Below, piece by piece: positions 35,070-44,972 of a DNA stretch of 57,209 nucleotides (the stretch's first letter is position 1; every line of letters starts with the position of its first letter). This DNA comes from an uncultured Pseudomonadales bacterium. GTDB lineage: Bacteria; Patescibacteriota; Microgenomatia; UBA1400; PJMF01. The notes under the pieces are model-generated. The model was not told the DNA's origin, did no database searches, and worked only from the letters and a program-made list of their open reading frames with translations. Location: the NCBI GenBank assembly GCA_964521215.1, contig CAZFRD010000001.1:1-57209 (forward strand), in the 5' to 3' direction. A program made the position numbers and the translations under genes.

Positions 35070-36275
35070 ATGAAGAGCAAACAATTTTTACTTATTTTAC
35101 TGGTACTCTATATTGGTTCAGCTGTGGGCACTTTTGCCGTTCGAGCCATGTCTGACTCTCAACCAGATAGTGGTGGGGTTATTAGTCAAACCGTTCCCGG
35201 GATAGATGAAGAAACGGCTTTGGGAAAGCTATTATCCATTGATCCAGCCGAACCAAAAAATCAAGCCTGTCCTCTCAATGGCAAGCTTTACACTCAAACA
35301 GAAGCCAATGCCTGGGCGAAAAGAAGGCCTTTAGCGGTGATGGTGGAAAATTCACCTGATTCTAGACCACAATCTGGACTGTCCAATGCCGATGTGGTAT
35401 TTGAGGCGGTAGCAGAAGGAGGTGTGACTCGTTTTATGGCTTTATTCTACTGTGGGGTTCAGGTGGAAGACACAATTATTGCTCCTGTCCGATCGGCCCG
35501 TACTTACTTTATAGACTGGGCTTCTGGCTTTAATCGTCCACTGTATACACACGTCGGTGGCGCCAACTTACCTGGACCAGCCAATGCACTTGGTCAAATC
35601 TCGGACTATGGTTGGGCCTTAGAAAACGATCTTAACCAGTTCTCAATTGGTTACCCGACTTTTGTGCGTAATGCTGCCCGGTTGGATCGTGAAGTAGCAA
35701 CCGAACATACTATGGAAACTTCATCAGAAAAACTTTGGGCAGTCGCCGAAAAGCGTGGCTGGACAAATATGTCACCAGAAATGAAGGTGGGTCGCACTGT
35801 GGTACCGGCTCAAGACTGGAAGGATGGGTACACGGGATGGACGTTTGCTAGTGCTGCAGAGCCAGCCGGCTCAACCACCTCAATTGCCTATGATTTTTGG
35901 TCTGGCTACAATCAATTTTCGGTCAAGTGGGAATTTGATTCAACCACTAAGATGTACAAAAGAATCATGGCAGGAGAACCGCATTTAGACTTGAACAATA
36001 ACCAACAAATCGCAGCCAGCGTAGTAGTAGTCTTACTGACTGCAGAAAAAGGCCCGATTGATGAAGCAAAACACATGCTCTACAAAACCACTGGCTCTGG
36101 TAAAGCCCTAATATACCAAAATGGTCAGGCAATTACCGCCACTTGGACGAAAAAAACTCGTGAGGCCGAACTTGAGTTTACCAACTCGAAAGGTCAAGAA
36201 GTGGAACTACAACCAGGACTTGTTTGGATCTCGGTAGTAGATGACTCAACCACCGTCACCGCTTTAGGTAATTAA
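35070..36275 (+). CDS. DUF3048 (YerB-like) secreted protein
   Basis: Signal/anchor sequence, then RPLAVMVENSPDSRPQSGLSNADVVFEAVAEGGVTRFMALF, the hallmark block of DUF3048. ATG 35070 follows an AAAGGA RBS. Confidence 0.75.
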   Translation: MKSKQFLLILLVLYIGSAVGTFAVRAMSDSQPDSGGVISQTVPGIDEETALGKLLSIDPAEPKNQACPLNGKLYTQTEANAWAKRRPLAVMVENSPDSRPQSGLSNADVVFEAVAEGGVTRFMALFYCGVQVEDTIIAPVRSARTYFIDWASGFNRPLYTHVGGANLPGPANALGQISDYGWALENDLNQFSIGYPTFVRNAARLDREVATEHTMETSSEKLWAVAEKRGWTNMSPEMKVGRTVVPAQDWKDGYTGWTFASAAEPAGSTTSIAYDFWSGYNQFSVKWEFDSTTKMYKRIMAGEPHLDLNNNQQIAASVVVVLLTAEKGPIDEAKHMLYKTTGSGKALIYQNGQAITATWTKKTREAELEFTNSKGQEVELQPGLVWISVVDDSTTVTALGN

Positions 36276-36323
36276 TAATTGATCATATGATATACTCGGC
36301 AACTAGCAGGGTATGGTAGGTGA

Positions 36324-36935
36324 ATGATTATGACATCGCTTCAAGATTTGATGATTTCTAGAGTAAGAGTAAAAATCATTGAGTTGTTTTTTTCACATAC
36401 CAATGGCATGTTTTTTGTCAGAGAAATTACCAGAGATATAAAAGAAGAAATAAATGCTGTTCGTCGTGAACTTGATCGCATGATTGGCTTCGGTTTACTC
36501 AAAAGCGAACAACGAGGCAACCGACTTTATTATTATCTTAATCCTCGCTATCCGTTTTTTCAGGAATTACGCCAAATGGTGGCCAAAAGTATCGGTTTAG
36601 GTAAAGATATTAGAAGATTGCGAAAAAAACTTGGCACTTTGGAATTCGTCATGTTCTCTAGTCGTTTCGCTGGTGGCCTCAAGGAAAAGCGTGGTGAACT
36701 GGATATGTTAGTGGTGGGCGATGTAGTGCTCTCCGAGCTAGACGTCTTGGTTAAGCAAGAGCAAGCTCGAATCGAGCGTGAAATCAACTACACAATCTTC
36801 AGTAGTGACGAATTTGAATTCCGCAAAACCAGGAGAGACCCATTCATCATGGATGTGCTATATGGTGGTAGAGTCATGATCGTTGGCAATGAAGTTGATT
36901 TTGTTGAGAGAGGCATACCAGGAATTTCACAATGA
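36324..36935 (+). CDS. Winged-helix (ArsR-like) transcriptional regulator with C-terminal nucleotidyltransferase-like region
   Basis: The N-terminal SRVRVKIIELFF...VREITRDIKEEINAVRRELDRMIGFGLLKSEQRGNRLYYYLN fits a wHTH. The C-terminal part has GELDMLVVGDV. Confidence 0.55.
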   Translation: MIMTSLQDLMISRVRVKIIELFFSHTNGMFFVREITRDIKEEINAVRRELDRMIGFGLLKSEQRGNRLYYYLNPRYPFFQELRQMVAKSIGLGKDIRRLRKKLGTLEFVMFSSRFAGGLKEKRGELDMLVVGDVVLSELDVLVKQEQARIEREINYTIFSSDEFEFRKTRRDPFIMDVLYGGRVMIVGNEVDFVERGIPGISQ

Positions 36936-38305
36936 AACTGAAAGTCTTACGGCTTTTTTTTGTGATTGTTGTTACTACAAGCATGGCGTTATTGGTAGCC
37001 GCACCTGCCGTTCAGTTCAAACCAATTACCTTAGCAGGACGTGAAATTTCAGTGCCTTTGGGAGTGCCAAAATTTAACTTTAGTCTTTTTGGCAAACAAA
37101 TTTCTACCGACATTCCTTTTAAGCGTGGATTGGATATTCAGGGTGGAATGCAGGTGGTGCTGGAGGCGGATATGTCGAACGTCGACCAAGCAGACCGAGA
37201 TACCGCCTTGGAGTCGGCACAAGCGGTAATCACGAGGCGAGTTGATTTATACGGCATTTCTGAGCCGTTAGTCCAGACAGCGCGAGTGAATGATTCCTAC
37301 CGAATTATTGTGGAGTTACCCGGTGTGGCAGAACCTGGAGAAGCGTTAAATCTAGTAGGTCAAACAGCGCAACTCCAATTTATGCTTGTATCATCGGTTG
37401 CGCCCCCTGAGGGTTTACCAGCTTCGCTGGCAGCCCAATTGCAACCTCAGGTCGAAGATGTGGGCTTGAGTGGCATCGACTTACAGCGAGCATCGTTGGA
37501 TTTTAACGATCAAACCCGAGAGCCAGAAATTTCTTTGCAGTTTAATAGCCAGGGCGCGGAGACCTTTGCCAAAGTCACTTCAGAACATACGGGTGAGACA
37601 CTTGGGATATTTCTTGACGGAGCGCCCTTGATGCTGCCAACAATATCGACACCGATTTTAACCGGTCAAGCTGTGATTTCTGGTCAATTTACCACCGATG
37701 AAGCCAAGCAATTGGCGATACAACTTAATGCTGGAGCCTTGCCCGTCCCCATTACAGTGTTAGAACAACGGACTATTGGGGCCAGCCTAGGTCAACAAGC
37801 GGTGACGCTGAGCATCACCGCAGGCTTAATCGGCCTTGGTTTAGTTCTAATCTTCATGATTTTACTTTATGGTTGGCAGGGAGTAATCGCCGATATGGCT
37901 TTAGTTGTTTATGCAATTTTAACTTTGGCGATATATAAAATTGCTGGTATTACTTTGTCGTTACCAGGTATCGCTGGTTTACTACTTTCCATTGGTATGG
38001 CAGTCGATGCCAATATCTTAATTTTTGAAAGAATGAAAGAGGAGTGGCGCAGGGGTAAACCACACGCCATAGCGATGGAACTAGGCTTTGGCAGAGCTTG
38101 GGATAGCATTAAAGATGCGAACGCCGCCACTATCTTAACTGCCCTCGTATTGATTAATCCGCTCAATTTTTCATTTCTCAATGCTAGTGGTTTAGTCAGG
38201 GGCTTTGGTATGACGTTATTAATCGGAGTAGTCTTAGGCCTTTTCACGGGAGTTTTGGTGACTAGAACTTTTGTGCGTTTATTTTTGAAAGTCAAACATG
38301 ATTAA
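36932..38305 (+). CDS. secD: Protein translocase subunit SecD
   Basis: GLDIQGG, the periplasmic domain, and six C-terminal TM helices with the GMAVDANILIFERMKEE motif. ATGA overlap with the upstream gene. Confidence 0.9.
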   Translation: MKLKVLRLFFVIVVTTSMALLVAAPAVQFKPITLAGREISVPLGVPKFNFSLFGKQISTDIPFKRGLDIQGGMQVVLEADMSNVDQADRDTALESAQAVITRRVDLYGISEPLVQTARVNDSYRIIVELPGVAEPGEALNLVGQTAQLQFMLVSSVAPPEGLPASLAAQLQPQVEDVGLSGIDLQRASLDFNDQTREPEISLQFNSQGAETFAKVTSEHTGETLGIFLDGAPLMLPTISTPILTGQAVISGQFTTDEAKQLAIQLNAGALPVPITVLEQRTIGASLGQQAVTLSITAGLIGLGLVLIFMILLYGWQGVIADMALVVYAILTLAIYKIAGITLSLPGIAGLLLSIGMAVDANILIFERMKEEWRRGKPHAIAMELGFGRAWDSIKDANAATILTALVLINPLNFSFLNASGLVRGFGMTLLIGVVLGLFTGVLVTRTFVRLFLKVKHD

Positions 38306-39197
38306 TATTTTTAAAAAACCGTGGCTCTTCTTTCTCATTTCTGGTCTTATCCTCGTGCCTGGGGTAATCTCCTTACTTATCAATGGTCTCAGACCATCAA
38401 TTGATTTTACTGGTGGTACGGTTTTAGAAATTAGTTATACTAGCGAACAAGCGCCAACTTACGATCAGTTAGTCGAGATTTGGGGCGAGAGTTACCCAGT
38501 GGTTTCGGTCCAGAAGACGGGAGAGAACCAAGTAGTAATCAAATCGGCGTTTGTCTCGGATGAACAGAAACAAACTGCGCTAAGCCAGCTGAAAGATACT
38601 TTTGGTACTACCGAACAACTGAGATTTGAAACCATCGGTCCAGTGTTGAGTCGAGAACTGTTGGTCAAAACTCTCACAGCAGTTGCTTTAGTCTCACTAA
38701 TAATCACAGCATACGTCTGGTATCGCTTTCATGAACTACGTTATGGTGTGGCGGCTATTATCGCCATGTTTCATGACAGTTTAATTTTACTTGGCTCGTT
38801 CAGTTTGCTTGGCAAATATGCGGGTATAGAGGTCGACACCCTGTTCGTAACGGCGATTTTGACCACCTTATCTTTCTCGGTTCACGATACGATTGTTGTA
38901 TTTGATCGGATTAGAGAGTTGCGACCCAAGTTTCGTCGCTTGTCCTTTCGTACCGTGGCTAACATTTCTGTGCTAGAGACCTTGAGTCGGTCTATCAATA
39001 ATTCTGTGACGATTATCATTATGCTCTTAGCACTTTACCTCTTGGGAGGATCATCAATTCGCAACTTTGCTTTAGCCCTACTAATTGGTGCCATCACTGG
39101 CACGTACTCCAGTCCATTTATTGCTGTACCCTGCTTATTTTTATGGGATTGGATGGTTGAAAAGAAGCACCAACTCTCACTCAGAAGAAAGCGTTAA
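38298..39197 (+). CDS. secF: Protein translocase subunit SecF
   Basis: IDFTGGT near the N-terminus and SVHDTIVVFDRIRE in the TM domain. Overlaps secD by 8 nt. Confidence 0.9.
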   Translation: MINIFKKPWLFFLISGLILVPGVISLLINGLRPSIDFTGGTVLEISYTSEQAPTYDQLVEIWGESYPVVSVQKTGENQVVIKSAFVSDEQKQTALSQLKDTFGTTEQLRFETIGPVLSRELLVKTLTAVALVSLIITAYVWYRFHELRYGVAAIIAMFHDSLILLGSFSLLGKYAGIEVDTLFVTAILTTLSFSVHDTIVVFDRIRELRPKFRRLSFRTVANISVLETLSRSINNSVTIIIMLLALYLLGGSSIRNFALALLIGAITGTYSSPFIAVPCLFLWDWMVEKKHQLSLRRKR

Positions 39198-40834
39198 CTA
39201 ATTTGGTTTTTTGCTAATTCTTCTTGAGCGATTTGTAATAAAATCTCCTTTTGATTTTTCTCTGGGTCATCCAAGACTATTTCAAACAAAGTTTGTAACA
39301 GTGCGCCGATTACTTTACCAGGTTTTAAATTAAGATTTTCAATCAAATCATGACCATCGATGGCTAAATCGTTCACGTCAAATGGTTGGTGCAGTTGCTC
39401 CACCATTCTCTCTTTCATTTCTTCCAGTCGCCAACTGGTTTTACGAGCCCCGGAGCCCAACCGATCAGCCTCACGCAAATCCAGAATATCATCGATATGT
39501 TGCAAACCAACTTTGCGCATAAAACGTCTAATTGCCGCATCCGAGTTTTCCGGTTGATAGTGAAACATGTGATAGCGAACTAAAGTGAATAGTCGATCGC
39601 AATCATGGTTGGATAATCGCAGTCGTTGGCCAATTTGTTTGGCCACCCGAGCGCCAATCACTTCATGGTTATAAAAAGTTGGTTGGCCCTTTTCGTCGTT
39701 ATAAGTGGCTGGTTTGGCTATATCATGAAGAAGAGTGGCTAAGCGGACAATTGGGTCGGGTGAGGGACACGCTTGCAATGCATCCAGGCTGTGGACCCAC
39801 ACATCGGTGGTGTGGTGACCACCCTGACGCACACCTTTGGTGGCCAACAATTCTGGTAAAACCAAGGCTAGCAATCCAGTTTTATCCAGCAACTCAATGG
39901 CTTGTTTGGGATAGGGAGAAGTGAGCATTTTGAAAAACTCATCACGGATTCTTTCTGGACTTACATCGTGGAGCAGTAACGCATGTTGTTGAATGGCTTG
40001 CACCAAATCTTCATCCAAGGCAAAATGCAATTGAACAGCGAACCGGATTGCTCGCAACATGCGTAAGGCATCCTCCTGAATTCTTTCAGACGCTAATCCA
40101 ACGGTACGGACCACGCCAGCATCTAGATCTTGGATTCCCCCATGATGGTCGATTAATTCAAAATCAGCTTGATTGATTACAATGCCTTGTAAAGTTGGTG
40201 CATTTAGTTTCAAGTTGTTCAGAGTTGTTTCCACCCAGACGGAATTTAATTTGAGTGCCAAAGAGTTAACAGTAAAATCTCTTCGTTTAAGATCTTCTAC
40301 TAGTGAATGACCCCACTGGACTTCACTCGGTCTGCGGGCGCCATTTTGATATTTCTCACCCGAACGAAAAGTCGTCACTTCGATCAGGGGCAAAACTGCT
40401 TTTTGAGTTTCATTACTAGTGTTAATTTGAGAGTGGCTGAGTAGTGAGGTGTGGATTTTTGTAGCATTGATTAAGTCAATGATGCTGGGATTAGTTTTTC
40501 TGATTTGATGAGAAGTAACCACTAGTTCTCGAGCGGCACGATAATCTGGATCGATACCAGTCAAATCCCATAAGTGCTGGCAGGTGAGACTGACTGTGCC
40601 AAAAGCATTTTCATAAAATGCAAAAGGGAAGAGGGTGAGCAGTTGCTGAGGCGTAGCATTGGTAGTTAAATCAAAGTCAATCAATAACCACTTGGTGTGA
40701 GATAACAGCAGGTCTCTCACAGCTCCCCCAACAATATAACCGGCAAAACCATGTTTATTGAGTTCATCCAAAACAATCAATGGTTCCAAAGCTAAAGTTA
40801 ATTGAGCTGGTACTTGTAGCATGATCACTCTCAT
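39194..40834 (-). CDS. cca: CCA-adding tRNA nucleotidyltransferase with HD domain (long form)
   Basis: GGAVRDLLL head-domain motif, RAIRFAVQL, and an HD domain (TLLHDIAKP). A strong GGAGGA RBS lies 5 nt upstream of ATG 40834. Confidence 0.8.
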   Translation of the reverse strand: MRVIMLQVPAQLTLALEPLIVLDELNKHGFAGYIVGGAVRDLLLSHTKWLLIDFDLTTNATPQQLLTLFPFAFYENAFGTVSLTCQHLWDLTGIDPDYRAARELVVTSHQIRKTNPSIIDLINATKIHTSLLSHSQINTSNETQKAVLPLIEVTTFRSGEKYQNGARRPSEVQWGHSLVEDLKRRDFTVNSLALKLNSVWVETTLNNLKLNAPTLQGIVINQADFELIDHHGGIQDLDAGVVRTVGLASERIQEDALRMLRAIRFAVQLHFALDEDLVQAIQQHALLLHDVSPERIRDEFFKMLTSPYPKQAIELLDKTGLLALVLPELLATKGVRQGGHHTTDVWVHSLDALQACPSPDPIVRLATLLHDIAKPATYNDEKGQPTFYNHEVIGARVAKQIGQRLRLSNHDCDRLFTLVRYHMFHYQPENSDAAIRRFMRKVGLQHIDDILDLREADRLGSGARKTSWRLEEMKERMVEQLHQPFDVNDLAIDGHDLIENLNLKPGKVIGALLQTLFEIVLDDPEKNQKEILLQIAQEELAKNQIS

Positions 40835-40853
40835 TATATCCTCCTCTGCGAGA

Positions 40854-42545
40854 ATGACTAGTCAAAAAGCGCCTTGGCAATTACTTCATCAACAGAGCCC
40901 CACCAATCTTCAGGAACTTCAACAATGGTTGTTGGCAGAGCGAGGGGTTACTGATCCCAATCAATTTTTTTCTCCACCCCAGCCATTTAGGCTGACCGCA
41001 AAATCTCTAGGCATTGATGATAATCAGCTAAAAAAAACGGTTCGGAGATTAGTCGCTGCCAAAGAAAAGAATGAGAGAGTAGTGATCGCTGGCGACTATG
41101 ATGCCGATGGTATTTGCGCGACTGCCGTGCTTTGGTTGGCCTGTCACACTATTGGTTTTTCGGCTCAGCCATTTATTCCCAACCGACATAAGCATGGTTA
41201 CGGTCTTAATCACCGCAGTATTCCAGATCTTATCGGTGCAACCAAACCAGATTTAGTGATTACTGTGGATAATGGGATCGTGGCCCATGATGCTATCGAC
41301 ACTCTAGTAAAAATGGGCATTGATGTGCTCATTACCGATCACCATGAAAAAATGCAATCAGATCCTCCAGCACTAGCGATCGTTCATACCACGCAACTTT
41401 GTGGTGCGGGGGTGGCTTGGGTATTGGCCAGGCAACTATTTTTGTCTGAGCTGTCGCATACTGCAGAAAAACACGCCAATCAACTACTTGATTTGGTGGC
41501 GATCGCCACCATTGCTGACCAAGTTCCTTTGCTTGATGCTAATCGTAGCTTTGTCTATCACGGACTCCATCAACTCAGACAGACCAAACGTTATGGTTTG
41601 CAGGCATTATTTGAGTTAGCAAAAATCGATCAAACAAATGTCGATGAGTGGAGTGTGAGTTATCAACTTGCTCCTCGTCTCAATGCTCTTGGTAGGCTCT
41701 CTCATGGAATGGAGGCCCTCCGCTTACTCTGCGGTGGCACCAAGCACTTTGCTCAACAGCGCGCTCGCTTACTCGAGCAGGCCAATCAGGAGCGACAGGA
41801 AATTACGCATGATTTATACGAGCGCGCCCAACAACTAGTATTAGATCAAAAAGATGAAGCCATCTTGGTTATCGCCGGTTCTGAGTTTCACGAAGGTATT
41901 ATCGGTTTATTGGCAGGTAGATTAGTTGAGCAGTATGGTAAACCGGCGATTGTCATTTCGGTTAGTGAAAACTTAGCCAAAGGCTCAGTGAGATCTGTGG
42001 CGGGTTTTCATATTACAGATTTTCTCAGGAGTATGCCAGAACTTTTTCTGGAACTGGGTGGCCACGCCATGGCTGCTGGTTTTGCGGTTGACCCATCACA
42101 ACTAACCAAAGTGATGACCACAATCCAAACCACGGCGCAAAAAAAACACGCAACCATGGCCACAAAAGTCCAGCTGTCGCTCGTATGTCCTCTGACTACT
42201 CAATGGTTAACACTAGATACATTGGTCATGCTAGAGCAATTTGCTCCCTTTGGTCAAAGCAATCCCAGACCGTTATTTTTGTTAGCTGATTGGCAAATAG
42301 TTAGTCTGAAGCCAATTGGCAGTGAAGGCAAGCATTTAAAACTAGTTCTGACCAGTCAAGCGGAAACTCTCGCCTCAAACTTCACTCTTGAGGCAATCTG
42401 GTGGAAACGTGGAGATTTAGCCCAAAAGCTGGTGAAAGGCGATCTTATCTCGTTGGCTGGACGCTTGGAAAAACAAACTTGGAAGAGCAAGTCTTACGTT
42501 CAACTGATTGTGGTTGAGGCCTTTTCTTCAGATGCGAATTTCTGA
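40854..42545 (+). CDS. recJ: Single-stranded-DNA-specific exonuclease RecJ
   Basis: DHH-family motifs GDYDADG, DNG and ITDHHE, with a DHHA1 region (GGHAMAAGF). The alternative start at ATG 40821 would overlap the divergent cca start. Confidence 0.85.
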   Translation: MTSQKAPWQLLHQQSPTNLQELQQWLLAERGVTDPNQFFSPPQPFRLTAKSLGIDDNQLKKTVRRLVAAKEKNERVVIAGDYDADGICATAVLWLACHTIGFSAQPFIPNRHKHGYGLNHRSIPDLIGATKPDLVITVDNGIVAHDAIDTLVKMGIDVLITDHHEKMQSDPPALAIVHTTQLCGAGVAWVLARQLFLSELSHTAEKHANQLLDLVAIATIADQVPLLDANRSFVYHGLHQLRQTKRYGLQALFELAKIDQTNVDEWSVSYQLAPRLNALGRLSHGMEALRLLCGGTKHFAQQRARLLEQANQERQEITHDLYERAQQLVLDQKDEAILVIAGSEFHEGIIGLLAGRLVEQYGKPAIVISVSENLAKGSVRSVAGFHITDFLRSMPELFLELGGHAMAAGFAVDPSQLTKVMTTIQTTAQKKHATMATKVQLSLVCPLTTQWLTLDTLVMLEQFAPFGQSNPRPLFLLADWQIVSLKPIGSEGKHLKLVLTSQAETLASNFTLEAIWWKRGDLAQKLVKGDLISLAGRLEKQTWKSKSYVQLIVVEAFSSDANF

Positions 42546-42569
42546 TATATCTGTATAATTACTTGAGAT

Positions 42570-43985
42570 ATGAAAACAAAAAACCTTGCCGTCATTGATT
42601 GTCTTGCATTAGTGGGATCTACGGTCCAACTTTTTGGTTGGGTTGATACCAAACGAGACCATGGTAAGGTGACCTTCATTGATTTACGAGATAAGACAGG
42701 CAAAATTCAGTGCATTGGTTACCAAAAAATGGGAGAAATTACGCCCGAGTCTGTAGTTGCGATTACAGGCGAGGTCAAACAGCGACCAGAAAAAATGGTT
42801 AATCCAGAATTACCCACTGGCACCGTCGAAATCGACGTTCAGCAATATGAAATACTCAATTTAGCCAAAGAATTGCCGATTCCTATTGATAGCGACGGCT
42901 ACGAAATCTCAGAAGAAAATCGCTTGCAGTTTCGTTATTTAGATCTCAGGCGCCAACGCATGCAGAAAAACTTAAAGTTAAGAAGCGAATACGGCCGCAT
43001 TTGGAGAAATATTTTACACGAAAATAACTTCACAGAAGTGGAAACACCCATGCTGACAAAATCAACCAAAGAAGGGTCACGAGATTTTTTGGTTCCATCA
43101 AGATTTCAGCCGGGAAAATTTTATGCTTTACCCCAGAGTCCCCAGCAATACAAGCAATTATTAATGACTGCGGGAGTGGAACGTTATTTTCAATTTGCTC
43201 GCTGTATTCGTGATGAAGACTTGCGAGCAGACAGAGGTTTTGAGCATACTCAAATCGATTTGGAGATGAGTTTTATGGATCAAGCTGATGTGATGGATTT
43301 GGTGGAAACGATGGTTAAGCAAACAGTTTCCCAAGCCGGTGGTAAATTACGTGACGAACAGTTTCCAGTATTTTCCTATCAGGATGCAACTAAACAATTT
43401 GGTAAGGATAAATTTGATTTACGCACCGATGAAGAAAAACAAAATGGCACTTTAGCTTTTGCTTGGGTGGTTGATTTTCCTTTTTTCAAACAGGTCGATG
43501 CCAATGACCCTGCCGAAGTTGCAGATGGGAAAAGTGGCTGGACGTTTACTCACAATCCTTTTAGTATGCCCAAGCCCGAATTTCTGGAAAGTCATCTAAA
43601 AAATGAAGCTACGGCAGAAATTTTAACCACTCAGTACGATCTGGTTTGTAATGGCTTTGAAGTTGGCGGTGGGAGTATTCGGGCTCACCGACCAGAAATA
43701 TTACGCGCCACTTTTGCCACCATGGGCTATGCTGAAGCTGAAATTGAAGCCAGCATTGGTCACATGCTAAGAGCCTTTGAAGTGGGTACACCGCCTCATG
43801 GAGGGATTGCCCTTGGTATAGACAGGCTAATTATGATTCTGGCAGGCGAGGAATCACTCAAAGAAGTCGTGGCCTTCCCCATGTCTTCGACTGGTAGAGC
43901 TGCGGTGATGGATGCACCCAGCCCTGTTGATCCAGCGCAACTGACAGAGTTGGGATTAGCTCTGAATAAAAAATCTAAAAAGTAA
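42570..43985 (+). CDS. aspS: Aspartate--tRNA ligase, bacterial-type core lacking the GAD insertion domain
   Basis: N-terminal OB fold, FRYLDLRR, FYALPQSPQQYKQLLM, CIRDEDLRADRGFEHTQIDLEMSF, GGGSIRAH and GGIALGIDRL. Only 471 aa. The segment between motif 2 and motif 3 is short. Confidence 0.85.
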   Translation: MKTKNLAVIDCLALVGSTVQLFGWVDTKRDHGKVTFIDLRDKTGKIQCIGYQKMGEITPESVVAITGEVKQRPEKMVNPELPTGTVEIDVQQYEILNLAKELPIPIDSDGYEISEENRLQFRYLDLRRQRMQKNLKLRSEYGRIWRNILHENNFTEVETPMLTKSTKEGSRDFLVPSRFQPGKFYALPQSPQQYKQLLMTAGVERYFQFARCIRDEDLRADRGFEHTQIDLEMSFMDQADVMDLVETMVKQTVSQAGGKLRDEQFPVFSYQDATKQFGKDKFDLRTDEEKQNGTLAFAWVVDFPFFKQVDANDPAEVADGKSGWTFTHNPFSMPKPEFLESHLKNEATAEILTTQYDLVCNGFEVGGGSIRAHRPEILRATFATMGYAEAEIEASIGHMLRAFEVGTPPHGGIALGIDRLIMILAGEESLKEVVAFPMSSTGRAAVMDAPSPVDPAQLTELGLALNKKSKK

Positions 43986-43996
43986 TTGCCAGAATC

Positions 43997-44956
43997 ATGC
44001 CCAACCTTCGTCTTAGTCAATTGCTCGCCTTGGTAATTATTTCTACTCTTTTATTATTTCAGCACTCGGTTGAGGTCGAAACCGTAAGGGCCCAGTACGG
44101 TTGGGAATCTGCGAGGGAAGTTAGCTTAATTGTTGTTCCAGTGGTACCCGTGACCATTCAGAGTCTGACAAACAAGAGTCAAATCCCGTTAGATCCTCCA
44201 ACAATTTCAGCCAAATCGATCTATATTGAAGATCTCACCAGTCAAACCATCCTACTTTCGACCAATGAAACCACTCAGTTCCCCCCTGCTTCCACAGTTA
44301 AATTGATGACAGCGCTAGTTGCTCTCGAGTCATATACCCCGCAAACTGTTTTAACTGTCCAGGGCTCGGATATTTTACTGTCTAATGCCTTGGATTTCAC
44401 CGTGGGAGAACAAATAACCGTCGAAGATTTACTCAAATGTTTGCTGATTTCTTCGAGCAACGAAGCGGCGGAAATCTTAGCTAGGGAATTTCCCAGTGGC
44501 TATCAGGGATTTGTCGATCGAATGAACGCGAAGGCCAGCGAGTTGGGGCTGCAACAAACATCTTTTGCCAATCCAATCGGTTATGATGCGTCCACCCAGT
44601 ATTCGTCGGCCAGAGATTTACATCTTTTAGCCAATCACTTTATGAACGCGCCTTTGCTCAAAGCGATTGTGAAAGAACCACTTTTAATTATTAACGATAT
44701 CACGGGAACCAAACAACATGTGCTAAAAACCACTAATCAACTGCTCGATAAAAACTTTGGCGCCATCGGAATAAAGACCGGTACTACGCCATTGGCTGGG
44801 GAAGTACTTATCAGCCAGTTTCAATTTGAGAATCACGAAATTCGCATGATTATGATGGGTAGTACTCAGCGGTTTGAAGATTCCCGCTTGATGCTGGAAT
44901 GGATCAACGATACCTTAACTTGGATAAAACCAACTGACTTATTTCAGCAGTTATAA
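43997..44956 (+). CDS. D-alanyl-D-alanine carboxypeptidase (S11, PBP5-like)
   Basis: Signal peptide, SxxK (ASTVKLMT), SxN (SSSNEAA) and KTG (KTGTT). Confidence 0.8.
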   Translation: MPNLRLSQLLALVIISTLLLFQHSVEVETVRAQYGWESAREVSLIVVPVVPVTIQSLTNKSQIPLDPPTISAKSIYIEDLTSQTILLSTNETTQFPPASTVKLMTALVALESYTPQTVLTVQGSDILLSNALDFTVGEQITVEDLLKCLLISSSNEAAEILAREFPSGYQGFVDRMNAKASELGLQQTSFANPIGYDASTQYSSARDLHLLANHFMNAPLLKAIVKEPLLIINDITGTKQHVLKTTNQLLDKNFGAIGIKTGTTPLAGEVLISQFQFENHEIRMIMMGSTQRFEDSRLMLEWINDTLTWIKPTDLFQQL

Positions 44957-44972
44957 ATGGTATACTTAGTCT

